This document shows positions 1 through 8,237 of a DNA stretch of 24,000 bases, one piece after another. The stretch comes from Oceanispirochaeta sp. (GTDB lineage: Bacteria > Spirochaetota > Spirochaetia > DSM-2461). The first letter of the stretch is position 1. Each line of letters opens with the position of its first letter. The translations under genes were made by a program, and so were the position numbers. Below the pieces are notes generated by a model. The model saw only the letters and a list, made by a program, of their open reading frames with translations. It did no database searches and was not told the DNA's origin. The stretch lies in assembly GCA_963556075.3 (NCBI GenBank), contig CAUVYB020000002.1, forward strand, positions 3,374,767-3,398,766, in the 5' to 3' direction.

Positions 1-307
1 GGAAGAGAGTCTGATTCTCCTTCATCCGCAGATGGACGGTGTTCACTATCTCGTCGGCTGAGGCCAGATAAAGCTGGGAAAGCTCCTCCACCTCATCCAC
101 TCCGAACACATCCGCCATCAGTCTGGCTGTCGTGAGGGCCCTGAGTGCGGGACTCGTCACGATGCGGTCGGGAGTAAAACCACGTTTTTTAAGCTCTTCA
201 GCCATACGGGGGGCATCCCGGAGACCTCTTTTATTCAAGGGACGGTTGAAATCATCGGCATGGGTATTCCAGTCTGATTTCCCATGGCGTATAAGAACAA
301 GGATCAT
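1..307 (-). CDS. Histidine phosphatase superfamily protein, SixA-like (phosphohistidine phosphatase family); the 3' end runs off the window
   Basis: My own translation of the minus strand from ATG (complement of 305-307) gives MILVLIRHGKSDWNTHADDFNRPLNKRGLRDAPRMAEELKKRGFTPDRIVTSPALRALTTARLMADVF... It carries the RHG catalytic motif at the N-terminus and the SPxxRAxxTA pattern typical of short SixA/PGAM-type phosphatases. A GGGAGG RBS lies about 8 nt upstream on the minus strand. It is absent from the ORF track, which I assume is because the frame is open-ended. The + strand ORF 132..356 is its antisense shadow. Confidence 0.75.
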   Translation of the reverse strand, partial: MILVLIRHGKSDWNTHADDFNRPLNKRGLRDAPRMAEELKKRGFTPDRIVTSPALRALTTARLMADVFGVDEVEELSQLYLASADEIVNTVHLRMKENQTLF

Positions 308-400
308 TGATAAAGGCCTCCCTTGTGGCTCGTTTTTATCAGTTTATACTATTTGATCATAAAAGGGGAATCTTTAGTTATTTCCTTTGCCTGCCACTTA

Positions 401-429
401 TTGACTCAATTTCACGAACAATATATTAT
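401..429 (+). promoter_or_regulatory. Sigma70-type promoter for rpsD: TTGACT (401-406), 17-nt spacer, TATTAT (424-429)
   Basis: The hexamers and the 17-nt spacer were counted directly in the sequence. The promoter lies about 50 nt upstream of the rpsD ATG, and an AGGAGA RBS sits at 465-470. Confidence 0.6.
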
Positions 430-480
430 AGCTGAGCGCTTCGTAGAAGTGCCGAATACATATCAGGAGATATAAAAGTA

Positions 481-1098
481 ATGGCAAGAAATTCCAAAGC
501 AAAGGGAAAAATTGTCCGCCGTCTCGGTGTCAACATTTACGGTAACAGTAAATACGATAGATTACTTAAGAAGAAACCTCACGGACCCGGTATCGAAAAG
601 GGTAAGCGGATCCGCAAGAAAGAGAGTGACTTCGGTAGACAGCTGACAGAAAAACAGAAGATCAGATTTGCATACGGGCTGAGTGAGAAACAGTTCTACA
701 ACCTGTTCGTAAAAGCTAAGAAGCTGAGCGGTCTGACCGGTGACAATATGATGATTCTTCTTGAAAGAAGACTGGACAATGTTATCTACAGACTGGGCAT
801 GGCCAACACCAGAGTCCAGGCTCGTCAGATGGTAAGCCACGGACATGTATGTGTTAACGGCCGCCGCTGTAACATCCCTTCCAGAACTCTGAGAGAAGGT
901 GATGAAATCACCATCAAGGACAGCGAAAAGAGCAAAAAGCTCGTTCGCGAGTGCCTGGCCAAGAACGGTCAGCCCGTTCCCGTATGGCTGACCCTGTCTG
1001 AAGACAACCTGAACGGTAGAATCGAAAGAAGTCCCTACCGGACTGACATCGCTTCCGTTGCCAATGAGCAGATGGTTGTTGAGTTCTACTCCAGATAA
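481..1098 (+). CDS. rpsD: 30S ribosomal protein S4
   Basis: The 205-aa ORF has the typical S4 N-terminus (MARNSKAKGKIVRRLGVNIYG...), the S4 RNA-binding region (LERRLDNVIYRLGMANTRVQARQMVSHGHVCVNGRRCNIPS) and a good RBS. A terminator follows. Confidence 0.97.
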   Translation: MARNSKAKGKIVRRLGVNIYGNSKYDRLLKKKPHGPGIEKGKRIRKKESDFGRQLTEKQKIRFAYGLSEKQFYNLFVKAKKLSGLTGDNMMILLERRLDNVIYRLGMANTRVQARQMVSHGHVCVNGRRCNIPSRTLREGDEITIKDSEKSKKLVRECLAKNGQPVPVWLTLSEDNLNGRIERSPYRTDIASVANEQMVVEFYSR

Positions 1099-1117
1099 TT
1101 CTGGAACTTTCCTGAAA

Positions 1118-1142
1118 AACCCGGTGAAAGCCGGGTTTTTTT
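1118..1142 (+). terminator. Rho-independent terminator of rpsD
   Basis: Perfect 7-bp stem AACCCGG (1118-1124) / CCGGGTT (1131-1137) with a 6-nt loop (TGAAAG). It runs into a T-tract through 1142, 20 nt after the rpsD stop. Confidence 0.85.
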
Positions 1143-1332
1143 ATTTCCCGCCCCCTCTAATAAAAGAAAACGGATGATATTTCAATAAAGCTCGGTGAAT
1201 CTGTCTCTTCCCATAATATATTCACTTTAGAAGGCTCGCTGACGATAAGATGACGCTGTTGTCTCTTTCGATTAAAAAAAACATATATTATTTTTAAAAA
1301 TGTGTAATAATGGTCTTTGTGTTTATATTTGA

Positions 1333-4300
1333 GTGGGGGGACGCTCTGGTTTGATAAAAAAACTGTTTTTTATTATTTTGTGGCAGACAGTGCTTGTCCT
1401 CTCCCTGTTCTCTCTCCAGACAGCGTCCGAGGGAACTATGCACTTTCTCTATTTTCAGTTTCGGGAAAATTTTACAGGAAGCAGAACCGCCGCCTATGCC
1501 GAAGCCGCTGCCGATGACCTGAAGCTAAGTATCGAGCTGATCAAACCCGGAGATGATCCTCAGGATATGATGCGCCGAATCTCCGCCCGGGGAGTCTCCG
1601 GTATTATCCTCGATCAGATGGATGACAACACAGAAGCTCTGCTGCAAATGGCAGACAGGTATGAGACGCCCGTTTTCTGTATAAACCCCAAAAGTAAAGA
1701 GTTCCCCTTCCTGCCCGGGCAGCGATACCGGAACTGGATAGGAGAAATCAGACCCGCCAAAGACTTTCAAATGGAAGAGGGCGGCCTGGACAGCCGCCTC
1801 CTTCTAGGGGCCAAAGCCGTAATATACCTTTTTGATTTTCTCAAGGGATATGATTCAACGGGAAACGGGATTCTCATTGAGTCTCCGGATGATTATAAAA
1901 GCGGATTTTCTGAGTCTTTTCTTCTTTTGTCTCCCGAGTTGATCGATTTTTCACGTTCTTCCCTGTTTTTCAGAAATACCATATACAGGAACGAGAACTC
2001 CCTTTCGGACAGGCGGGGAGATTTTCACGAAAGAACGACGGAGGACGACTTCCAGAATTTTTTCTCAGATTTGAGGGTTCTCAGAGTGGGGCTGAGAGAG
2101 GAACGGGCTCCCTTTTCAAATATGGTTAACAATAAAGCCTCCGGTCTCTCCGTGGACTATATAAACCGTCTGGCGGATATGGCGGGGTACCAGATTCGCT
2201 ATACCGGCAGTAAGAGCAGAACGGAGCTGTTTGCTTGGCTCCAGGAAGGCCGGCTGGATATTCTACTGGACTGTTCTCCCATTATCGGGGGAGCGGAAGA
2301 GCTTCTTTTTACGGCTCCCTATTTTCAGACTCCATTGGTCCTTGTCACTGACCGTGACAGTTTTCCTGATTCCCTGGAGGATCTGAATGGAAAAATCGTT
2401 GCCCTTGAGTCGGATTCTCCTTTCAGGAATCTCTGGAGAAAAGAGCATCCGGAGATTGGCCAGTATCCTGTAGCAACGCTGGCTGACGGTCTCAAAGCGG
2501 TCAATTACGGGCGGGCCGATGCTCTTTTCGGTGAAAAAAAAATTATTGAAGCTCTTATGGATGAGGCAAGATACAAAGATCTAGTCATTCATCCTGAAGT
2601 CATTGTCAACGACGCCTTTCATATGGCTGTCCGGGCCGATCATCCGGATCTGGCGGTGCTGCTCAAGGTTATGATGGAGAAAGACCTTCTCCTCACCGGG
2701 GATGAAAATAACGAAACAGCGACAGCTCTACAACATCTCAGCAGAGAGAATCATGGTCCTGATCTTGTTTCCAATCCCCTCTATATCTGGGGCGCTTTTC
2801 TGTTTATAGCTCTGGTTTATCTGACTATGATTGTGATACAGAGAATGCATCTGAGACAATTGGAACAGGGAACATTTTACGATCACAGGAAACTGCTCCT
2901 GGGGGGGCTGAGCGTTCTTGTCTGTTCACTCATCATCATTCTTCTGTTTATCTCTGTCGGACTGTCGAGCATGAAGCGTTCCAAGATAGAGGAGACGATG
3001 GATTCTCTGGAGCTGGCATCCCGTTCCACCGCCATTATTCTGAACCAGTATCTCAAACAGAACCTCAATATTGCGATTGAAGAGGCCAATAATGAGGAGT
3101 TTGTTGAAAAAGCCGCAGAACTACTGAAAGCGTATCATGCCGGGGAAGCTGTTCCGGGCGGCGGAAAACTGGAAGACCTGAGAGGCTATCTGGATACACA
3201 TTCTCCCATAATCAGTTCGCGAGGGTATTTACTTATCTCTCCCGATCACAGGATTATCGCTTCACACGATGACAAATACCTGGGAATGCACAACTTTATC
3301 CTTTCATTCCGCCCGGAACTGATGGAAAAGGCCATGAGGGGAACTCCACTGTTTATTCCGCCGATCAGGGAGCCCGGATCATCGGAAACTGACAATCCTG
3401 AAAGCTTGTCTCTCTACTATACGGCCCCTCTTCGAGACAGAAAGGGCCAGGTCATTGCCGTCCTGGCTCTGAGAGAAAATTCTGAAAGGAATTTTACCTC
3501 CTTCTGTCAGATGGGACGAGTCGGGAAAACCGGAGAAACCTATGCCTTTGACAATCAGGCCAGAATGCTTTCCAGCAGTTTCTTTGAAGCCCATCTGAGA
3601 GATATCGGATTACTGAAGCAATATCAGAGTAGTGCCCTGAATATCATGATTCTTGATCCCGAAACCAAACTGGATGGAGAACGGTCCGCATCAATACGCC
3701 CTGATGAGATGCAGTACACCACGATGGTAAAGGAGGCCGTATTCTACGGGAACGGCCAGTCGGCGGAGGCCTACCGGGACTACAGGGGAGAGGACGTCCT
3801 GGGAGCCTGGCAGTGGATTGAATCCTTGAATATCGGAATCGCTTCGGAGCTACGCTTAGAGGATGCCCTCGCCTCATTCTATGCAGCAAGACGGTTCAGT
3901 CTGATGATGTTTCTGATCATCACCGTTCTTTCCACTAAATCGACGATTTTCGGTCTGAGATCGGGACGGCGTGTCAATGACATGCTTATAAAGGCCAATG
4001 AAGAGTTGGAAGCGAGGGTGGAACGGCGGACGAAAGATCTTTCGGAAGTAAACGAGAATCTGACGAAAACCATAAAGGAACTTGACAGGGCAAAGACAGC
4101 CGCGGAATCGGCGGATAGGGCCAAATCGGATTTTATTGCCAATATGAGCCATGAAATCCGGACGCCCATAAACGGCATCAGCGGTTTTGCCGTCCTCCTG
4201 GGACGGAGTTCCCTTTCCGAAGAACAGCGGGATTATCTTGATAAGATCTCAAATTCTACAGAAAGGCTGCAGACCATTGTCGATGATCTTCTCGACTTCT

Positions 4301-5916
4301 CCGAAACCGAGAACGGAACGGTCGAAATTGAATCTCACCCCTTTAAACCGATCGATATTTTCAGGAAGCTGCAGCTCCGTATGGAGGAGACGGCCCGCAA
4401 GAAGGGACTGGAACTTCGCTTTTCTGTCAATGATGTTATTCCGGAGACTCTGACAGGAGATGTCCGCAGGCTGAGGCAGATCCTGCATCATCTTATCGAC
4501 AACGCCCTCAAGTTCACCGAAACCGGATGCATCGATGTCCTGGCGGAGTGCGTGGACAGAACCGAAGAGAAGGTGACTTTGAAATTTCTGGTTCGTGATA
4601 CGGGAATCGGTCTTCGGGAAGAGCAGAAGTCCGAACTCTTCCAGGCTTTCACTCAGGCCGACAGCTCTTTTACCAGAAAATACGGTGGGATGGGACTGGG
4701 TTTGTCCCTCTGTCAGAGATATGTCGGTCTTATGGGCGGGGGTATTGCCGTGGAAAGCACTCCGGGAAAGGGATCCCTGTTCCACTTCACACTTGAATTT
4801 GATCTTCCGGGAGGGGAGGACGAAATATCGGAGCCGATGCACAAACTGTCTCTGGACAGGGTCCGAGGTGCAAGAATCCTGGTTGTGGAAGACAATGAGA
4901 TCAATCAGAGAGTTGTAAGGGAGCTTCTGGAGGATGAGGGCTTCTATGTGGATCTGGCAGAGAATGGAGCTATCGGCGTTCAAATGGTGAGCGAACGGGA
5001 CTCGTATGATGCGGTTCTGATGGATCTGCAGATGCCGGTGATGGGAGGCTATGACGCGACTCTGGAAATCAGGAAGAGTTTCGGTCCCGGGGATCTGCCT
5101 ATAATCGCCCTGACTGCCGATGCCCTGGTGGGAGCGCGTAAAAGGGTCCTCCAGTCGGGGATGCAGGATTATCTGCCCAAACCCATCGATGTGAATAAGC
5201 TTCGGGAAACCCTGAGCCGGTGGATCCCGCCCGGCGATCGGGAACTTCCGGAAGCATACAGAAGATCCCTGGAAAGGGGAGTGGAAAACAGGGAAACCGG
5301 GGAACAGGAGAGAAGGTTCCCTGCCATACCGGGACTGGACATTCAGGAGGGGCTTAAGCGCATCGGGGACAATCGCGAACTTTATCTGAATATGCTGAAG
5401 CAGTTCTGCACCGACTTCTCCGGAGCGGCCGACACTATCCGAACGGCTCTGACAGAGGGCCGTCGTGGGGATGGGATCCGCTGTGCCCATACCGTGAAGG
5501 GGCTGTCGGGCAGCCTGGGGGCCGGAGAGCTTTTCCTCTCGGCCCGGGAACTGGAAGCGACGTTAAAGGCCGGAGAGGCCGGGGATGACAAGCTTGACGC
5601 CCTGGGTGTGGGCATCACGCTTTTGATCGGCCATATTGAGGAATCGGGGATTCTGGTGGAAGAGAAGACGACCGGAGATCTTTTGTCCGTATCTCCTGAG
5701 AAGATAATGGAAGATCTGGCCAGGTCTATTGAATCTCTGAGGTCCAGAAAACCGAAGCCCGCTGCGGAAATCCTGAAATCCATGGAACGTTATGCTCTCA
5801 GGGAGGATGCCCGTGACTTTTTCATTGAAGCCGGAGAATCTTTGAAAAGGTACAAGATGAACGATGCCGCGGGTGCACTGGAGAATATCTTGAAAATATA
5901 CGAAAGAGAGGTGTGA
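1333..5916 (+). CDS. Membrane hybrid sensor histidine kinase (PBP-like domains, TM hairpin, Cache-like domain, TM, HisKA, HATPase_c, REC, HPt)
   Basis: 1527-aa ORF. Segments read from the translation:
- Signal/TM: [18 protein letters not shown].
- Degenerate LacI-type periplasmic-binding-like stretch: [12 protein letters not shown]...TPVFCIN.
- SBP_bac_3/PBPb-like domain: [12 protein letters not shown]...GRLDILLD...LVLVTDRD...IVALESDSP.
- Two TM helices: [20 protein letters not shown] and [24 protein letters not shown].
- Cache/PDC-like domain of about 290 aa: [16 protein letters not shown]...[13 protein letters not shown].
- TM: [12 protein letters not shown], then a coiled coil.
- HisKA: [10 protein letters not shown].
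- HATPase_c: DNALKFT, DTGIGL, GGMGLGL.
- REC: [10 protein letters not shown]...[11 protein letters not shown]...ALTADA...KPID.
- HPt: [12 protein letters not shown].
The start is uncertain. It is either GTG 1333 or TTG 1351; the latter has GGGGGGA about 9 nt upstream and gives a signal-like MIKKLFF... N-terminus. Confidence 0.93.
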   Translation: MGGRSGLIKKLFFIILWQTVLVLSLFSLQTASEGTMHFLYFQFRENFTGSRTAAYAEAAADDLKLSIELIKPGDDPQDMMRRISARGVSGIILDQMDDNTEALLQMADRYETPVFCINPKSKEFPFLPGQRYRNWIGEIRPAKDFQMEEGGLDSRLLLGAKAVIYLFDFLKGYDSTGNGILIESPDDYKSGFSESFLLLSPELIDFSRSSLFFRNTIYRNENSLSDRRGDFHERTTEDDFQNFFSDLRVLRVGLREERAPFSNMVNNKASGLSVDYINRLADMAGYQIRYTGSKSRTELFAWLQEGRLDILLDCSPIIGGAEELLFTAPYFQTPLVLVTDRDSFPDSLEDLNGKIVALESDSPFRNLWRKEHPEIGQYPVATLADGLKAVNYGRADALFGEKKIIEALMDEARYKDLVIHPEVIVNDAFHMAVRADHPDLAVLLKVMMEKDLLLTGDENNETATALQHLSRENHGPDLVSNPLYIWGAFLFIALVYLTMIVIQRMHLRQLEQGTFYDHRKLLLGGLSVLVCSLIIILLFISVGLSSMKRSKIEETMDSLELASRSTAIILNQYLKQNLNIAIEEANNEEFVEKAAELLKAYHAGEAVPGGGKLEDLRGYLDTHSPIISSRGYLLISPDHRIIASHDDKYLGMHNFILSFRPELMEKAMRGTPLFIPPIREPGSSETDNPESLSLYYTAPLRDRKGQVIAVLALRENSERNFTSFCQMGRVGKTGETYAFDNQARMLSSSFFEAHLRDIGLLKQYQSSALNIMILDPETKLDGERSASIRPDEMQYTTMVKEAVFYGNGQSAEAYRDYRGEDVLGAWQWIESLNIGIASELRLEDALASFYAARRFSLMMFLIITVLSTKSTIFGLRSGRRVNDMLIKANEELEARVERRTKDLSEVNENLTKTIKELDRAKTAAESADRAKSDFIANMSHEIRTPINGISGFAVLLGRSSLSEEQRDYLDKISNSTERLQTIVDDLLDFSETENGTVEIESHPFKPIDIFRKLQLRMEETARKKGLELRFSVNDVIPETLTGDVRRLRQILHHLIDNALKFTETGCIDVLAECVDRTEEKVTLKFLVRDTGIGLREEQKSELFQAFTQADSSFTRKYGGMGLGLSLCQRYVGLMGGGIAVESTPGKGSLFHFTLEFDLPGGEDEISEPMHKLSLDRVRGARILVVEDNEINQRVVRELLEDEGFYVDLAENGAIGVQMVSERDSYDAVLMDLQMPVMGGYDATLEIRKSFGPGDLPIIALTADALVGARKRVLQSGMQDYLPKPIDVNKLRETLSRWIPPGDRELPEAYRRSLERGVENRETGEQERRFPAIPGLDIQEGLKRIGDNRELYLNMLKQFCTDFSGAADTIRTALTEGRRGDGIRCAHTVKGLSGSLGAGELFLSARELEATLKAGEAGDDKLDALGVGITLLIGHIEESGILVEEKTTGDLLSVSPEKIMEDLARSIESLRSRKPKPAAEILKSMERYALREDARDFFIEAGESLKRYKMNDAAGALENILKIYEREV

Positions 5917-5918
5917 AC

Positions 5919-6284
5919 ATGATTCTGCTTGTGGATGATACTTCATCGAATATTGACATTCTGATCGGTATTCTGGGGGACGATTACGAAATTGCTGTGG
6001 CCCTGAGCGGAGAGGACGCTATTGAGATCATGGATGAGGAGATCCCCGAACTGGTGTTTCTGGATGTTCTTATGCCGAGTATGAACGGCTATGAAGTTCT
6101 TGAATATATGAAGCAGAAGGAGTCTCTGAAACATGTTCCCGTCGTATTCCTTTCGGGAAATACGGAAGCTCAGGAGAAGGAAAAAGGTCTGGCTCTGGGA
6201 GCGTCCGCATACCTATGCAAACCCATTGATGCCGAAGCCGTACGGCTTCAGGCGGGACATTTTTGCTCCCGGGAGGAGATATAA
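5919..6284 (+). CDS. Single-domain response regulator receiver (CheY-like), RpfG-type REC without an output domain
   Basis: MILLVDDTSSNIDIL...LVFLDVLMPSMNGYEV...VVFLSGN...LCKPID contains every REC signature (DD, phospho-Asp, S/T, K). ATG 5919 has GAGAGG about 7 nt upstream. The track start, GTG 5913, overlaps the kinase stop and is the alternative. The protein ends abruptly after the start of helix alpha-5 (KPIDAEAVRLQAGHFCSREEI*). Confidence 0.85.
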   Translation: MILLVDDTSSNIDILIGILGDDYEIAVALSGEDAIEIMDEEIPELVFLDVLMPSMNGYEVLEYMKQKESLKHVPVVFLSGNTEAQEKEKGLALGASAYLCKPIDAEAVRLQAGHFCSREEI

Positions 6285-6490
6285 ACCGGCAGGAGATCAA
6301 AACATGGAATCCTCAGCTCCGGGGCATAATGCAGACTTCCGTCAGCGACAAGAAGATGGCCATCACTCTGATCAGGGAAGGCGCCGACGATTATATCGTC
6401 AAACCCCTGGACCGTCCCGTGGTTATGGCCAAGTTGAGAAAGCTGGTCAGAGACATGGATGGCGGAGGAAAAGAGCAGAATCCTGATTAA
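6263..6490 (+). pseudogene. Probable 3' remnant of a second receiver (REC) gene, covering only alpha3-beta4-alpha4-beta5-alpha5
   Basis: The frame-2 translation ...RQEIKTWNPQLRGIMQTSVSDKKMAITLIREGADDYIVKPLDRPVVMAKLRKLV... matches the C-terminal half of a REC domain (xIMxTS, GAxDYIxKP). The frame only opens at 6230, after a TGA, so there is no room for beta1-beta3 or the phospho-accepting Asp. The only starts are TTG 6263 or ATG 6323, and neither has a convincing RBS. Confidence 0.45.
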
Positions 6491-6507
6491 GAATCGGATA
6501 TTGATGT

Positions 6508-6536
6508 TTGAAAAAGTAACAATTGTTCTTTATAAT
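6508..6536 (+). promoter_or_regulatory. Near-consensus sigma70-type promoter of the stressosome-phosphorelay operon: TTGAAA (6508-6513), 17-nt spacer, TATAAT (6531-6536)
   Basis: The hexamers and spacer were counted directly. The predicted TSS is near 6543, which removes the TTG 6542 start given in the ORF track and favours ATG 6602 for the first gene. Confidence 0.6.
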
Positions 6537-6601
6537 TAGGTTTGTGTTTTGAATACGAAAAAAATGAAACATCGTTTTGTGGAAAAAGAGGATCTGTTTG
6601 T

Positions 6602-7468
6602 ATGGGTTGGGATCAGGATATGCTGGATTTGTCTCCTTTTGTACACTTTGTGAAGGATCAAAACGGTCATTATATTCAGGTAAACAGCACATACGAGAAA
6701 ACCCTGGGTCTGGACCGAAACGAGATCATCGGTAAGAAGGATGAACAGATATTCCCTCCTGAAATGTACAATCTCTGGAAGGAGAGGGAACGACGGATCT
6801 TCAGAGAGAATAAACATGATCAGTTTGAGATCACCCTGAATCATGAGGGTGTGGACAGGACATTCCTGGTCTATTACGGTCCCCATAATTTTACAGGGCG
6901 GGGCGATCAGAATTACATGGCCTGGATTCTTGAATTGACGGAAAGAAAGAACTCTGAAAATAACCTGATGAGAATTATTGATGCCCTGGGTTCCGGCTAC
7001 CTGTTGATCGATCCCGATACCAGAACCATTCGGGGGACCAACCGCAAGGCCCGTGAGCTGATCGGGTTTTCTGAAAATCAGATCATCGGAGAGGATTGTC
7101 AGCAGTTCATCTGCAAGATGAGAAACGGCGAATGCCCCATTGTCAATCACGGGATGAAGGTGGAGAACATGGACGGCCTGCTCAGAAAATGCAACGGCGC
7201 TACGATTCCCATTGTAAAGACGATCATTCCGGTCATGCAGGGAAGCAAGCGCTATCTGCTGGAGAGCTTTACTGATATCTCAGGTCAGAAAGAGAGAGAA
7301 GAGCACTTGAACAAGGCCATCGGGGAGTTGGAAAAGTTCACCAAGTTCGTCATTGATCGTGAAGAACGGATGATTGAACTTAAAGAAGAGATCAATCAAT
7401 TGTGTGAAGAACTGGGACGGAAAAAGAGATATAAAATCGATCAGATTGAGGAGCGTTCAGATGAATAA
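6602..7468 (+). CDS. Soluble tandem PAS-PAS sensor protein with a C-terminal coiled coil and no recognisable output domain
   Basis: This is the ORF-track 6542..7468 frame. ATG 6602 is preferred because AAGAGGA lies about 9 nt upstream and it is downstream of the predicted promoter.
- PAS1: FVHFVKDQNGHYIQVNSTYEKTLGLDRNEIIGKKDEQIF...
- PAS2: GYLLIDPDTRTIRGTNRKARELIGFSENQIIGEDCQQFICKMRNGECP...IPIVKTIIPV...LLESFTDIS
- The tail then has a heptad-like pattern: LNKAIGELEKFTKFVIDREERMIELKEEINQLCEELG. Confidence 0.85.
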   Translation: MGWDQDMLDLSPFVHFVKDQNGHYIQVNSTYEKTLGLDRNEIIGKKDEQIFPPEMYNLWKERERRIFRENKHDQFEITLNHEGVDRTFLVYYGPHNFTGRGDQNYMAWILELTERKNSENNLMRIIDALGSGYLLIDPDTRTIRGTNRKARELIGFSENQIIGEDCQQFICKMRNGECPIVNHGMKVENMDGLLRKCNGATIPIVKTIIPVMQGSKRYLLESFTDISGQKEREEHLNKAIGELEKFTKFVIDREERMIELKEEINQLCEELGRKKRYKIDQIEERSDE

Positions 7469-8234
7469 TGAGATGTCCACCAAGATTTTAGAGCAGCTGC
7501 CTACTCCGGTCATAGCTGTGAATAAGAATATGGATCTTATCTTTGTCAACGATGCAGGCTGTGATTTTATCGGCCGGTCCTGGAAAGAGATCAAAGGCTG
7601 TAAATGCTATGACGTTTTTAATTCAGAGCACTGCAACACGGAGCACTGCAGGATGAAGCATGTCATGGCGGGGGGAGAGCCCGTAACCATCCGGAATTCT
7701 ATGGTCATCAACGGCAGGACCATCCCCATCGAGTATACCGCCGACAAACTAGAGGATGAGAAAGGGAATGTTCAGGGCGGACTGGAGTACATTATCGATA
7801 TCTCCGAAACGGTGAGCAAAGAACAGAAACTCAGGGAGCAGAGCCGGACAATCATGGAAATCTCTACACCGGTTATCAAACTCTGGGACAGGATTCTCAT
7901 CCTTCCCATTGTGGGAATCGTCGACTCCTTCAGGGCTCAGCAGATGATGGATATGATGCTCAACAAGCTTAAGGAAACGGCATCGAAAATCATCATTCTT
8001 GATATTCAGGGCGTTGCCGCCGTAGATACGGCTGTGGCAAACCATCTGATCAAGATTGCCAAGGCTACACGCCTTATGGGCTGCAGCTGTATTATCTCCG
8101 GGATATCTCCAGCGGTGGCCCAGACTCTGGTGCAGCTGGGAATCGACCTGGGCTCCATCAAATCCAATTCGACTTTGCAGGAGGCTCTGGCTTCCAGTTT
8201 TGAAATGCTGAATCTGAAGGTGACTCAGGGTTGA
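7461..8234 (+). CDS. rsbR: RsbR-like stressosome sensor protein: N-terminal Cys/His-rich PAS plus C-terminal STAS
   Basis: ATG 7461 has GAGGAG upstream and overlaps the upstream stop by 8 nt. The C-terminal region STPVIKLWDRILILPIVGIVDSFRAQQMMDMMLNKL...IIILDIQGVAAVDTAVANHLIKIAKATRLMGCSCIISGISPAVAQTLVQLGIDL is the classical RsbR STAS pattern. It retains Thr at both positions equivalent to the B. subtilis RsbRA phosphosites (the VDT and AQT contexts). The N-terminal approximately 150 aa are PAS-like. Confidence 0.9.
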   Translation: MNNEMSTKILEQLPTPVIAVNKNMDLIFVNDAGCDFIGRSWKEIKGCKCYDVFNSEHCNTEHCRMKHVMAGGEPVTIRNSMVINGRTIPIEYTADKLEDEKGNVQGGLEYIIDISETVSKEQKLREQSRTIMEISTPVIKLWDRILILPIVGIVDSFRAQQMMDMMLNKLKETASKIIILDIQGVAAVDTAVANHLIKIAKATRLMGCSCIISGISPAVAQTLVQLGIDLGSIKSNSTLQEALASSFEMLNLKVTQG

Positions 8235-8237
8235 GCT

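Noticed and set aside
308-341. 7-bp inverted repeat TGATAAA-N20-TTTATCA overlapping the RBS of the SixA-like gene
   Set aside because: It is short, AT-rich and has a long spacer, so chance occurrence is likely. I cannot support an operator or riboswitch call from one copy.
4249-5490. 413-aa minus-strand ORF inside the first hybrid kinase
   Set aside because: It is antisense to a frame with unambiguous HATPase/REC/HPt motifs. It has no motifs or RBS of its own, and this is typical stop-codon depletion opposite a GC-rich coding frame.
6133-6486. 117-aa + strand ORF in the third frame, Arg/Gly-rich, across the REC gene end and the REC fragment
   Set aside because: Its composition is typical of an out-of-frame read of coding DNA. 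The other two frames carry the receiver motifs.
6542-6601. TTG 6542 start for the PAS-PAS protein, and likewise the 7374 start for the RsbR-like protein
   Set aside because: 6542 lies at or upstream of the predicted TSS of the TTGAAA-N17-TATAAT promoter and has no RBS. 7374 lies within the upstream gene. ATG 6602 and ATG 7461 both have good RBSs.
6536-7150. 204-aa minus-strand ORF opposite the PAS-PAS gene
   Set aside because: The plus frame has two clear PAS patterns and sits directly behind a near-consensus promoter and RBS. The minus ORF would run into that promoter and has no motif.
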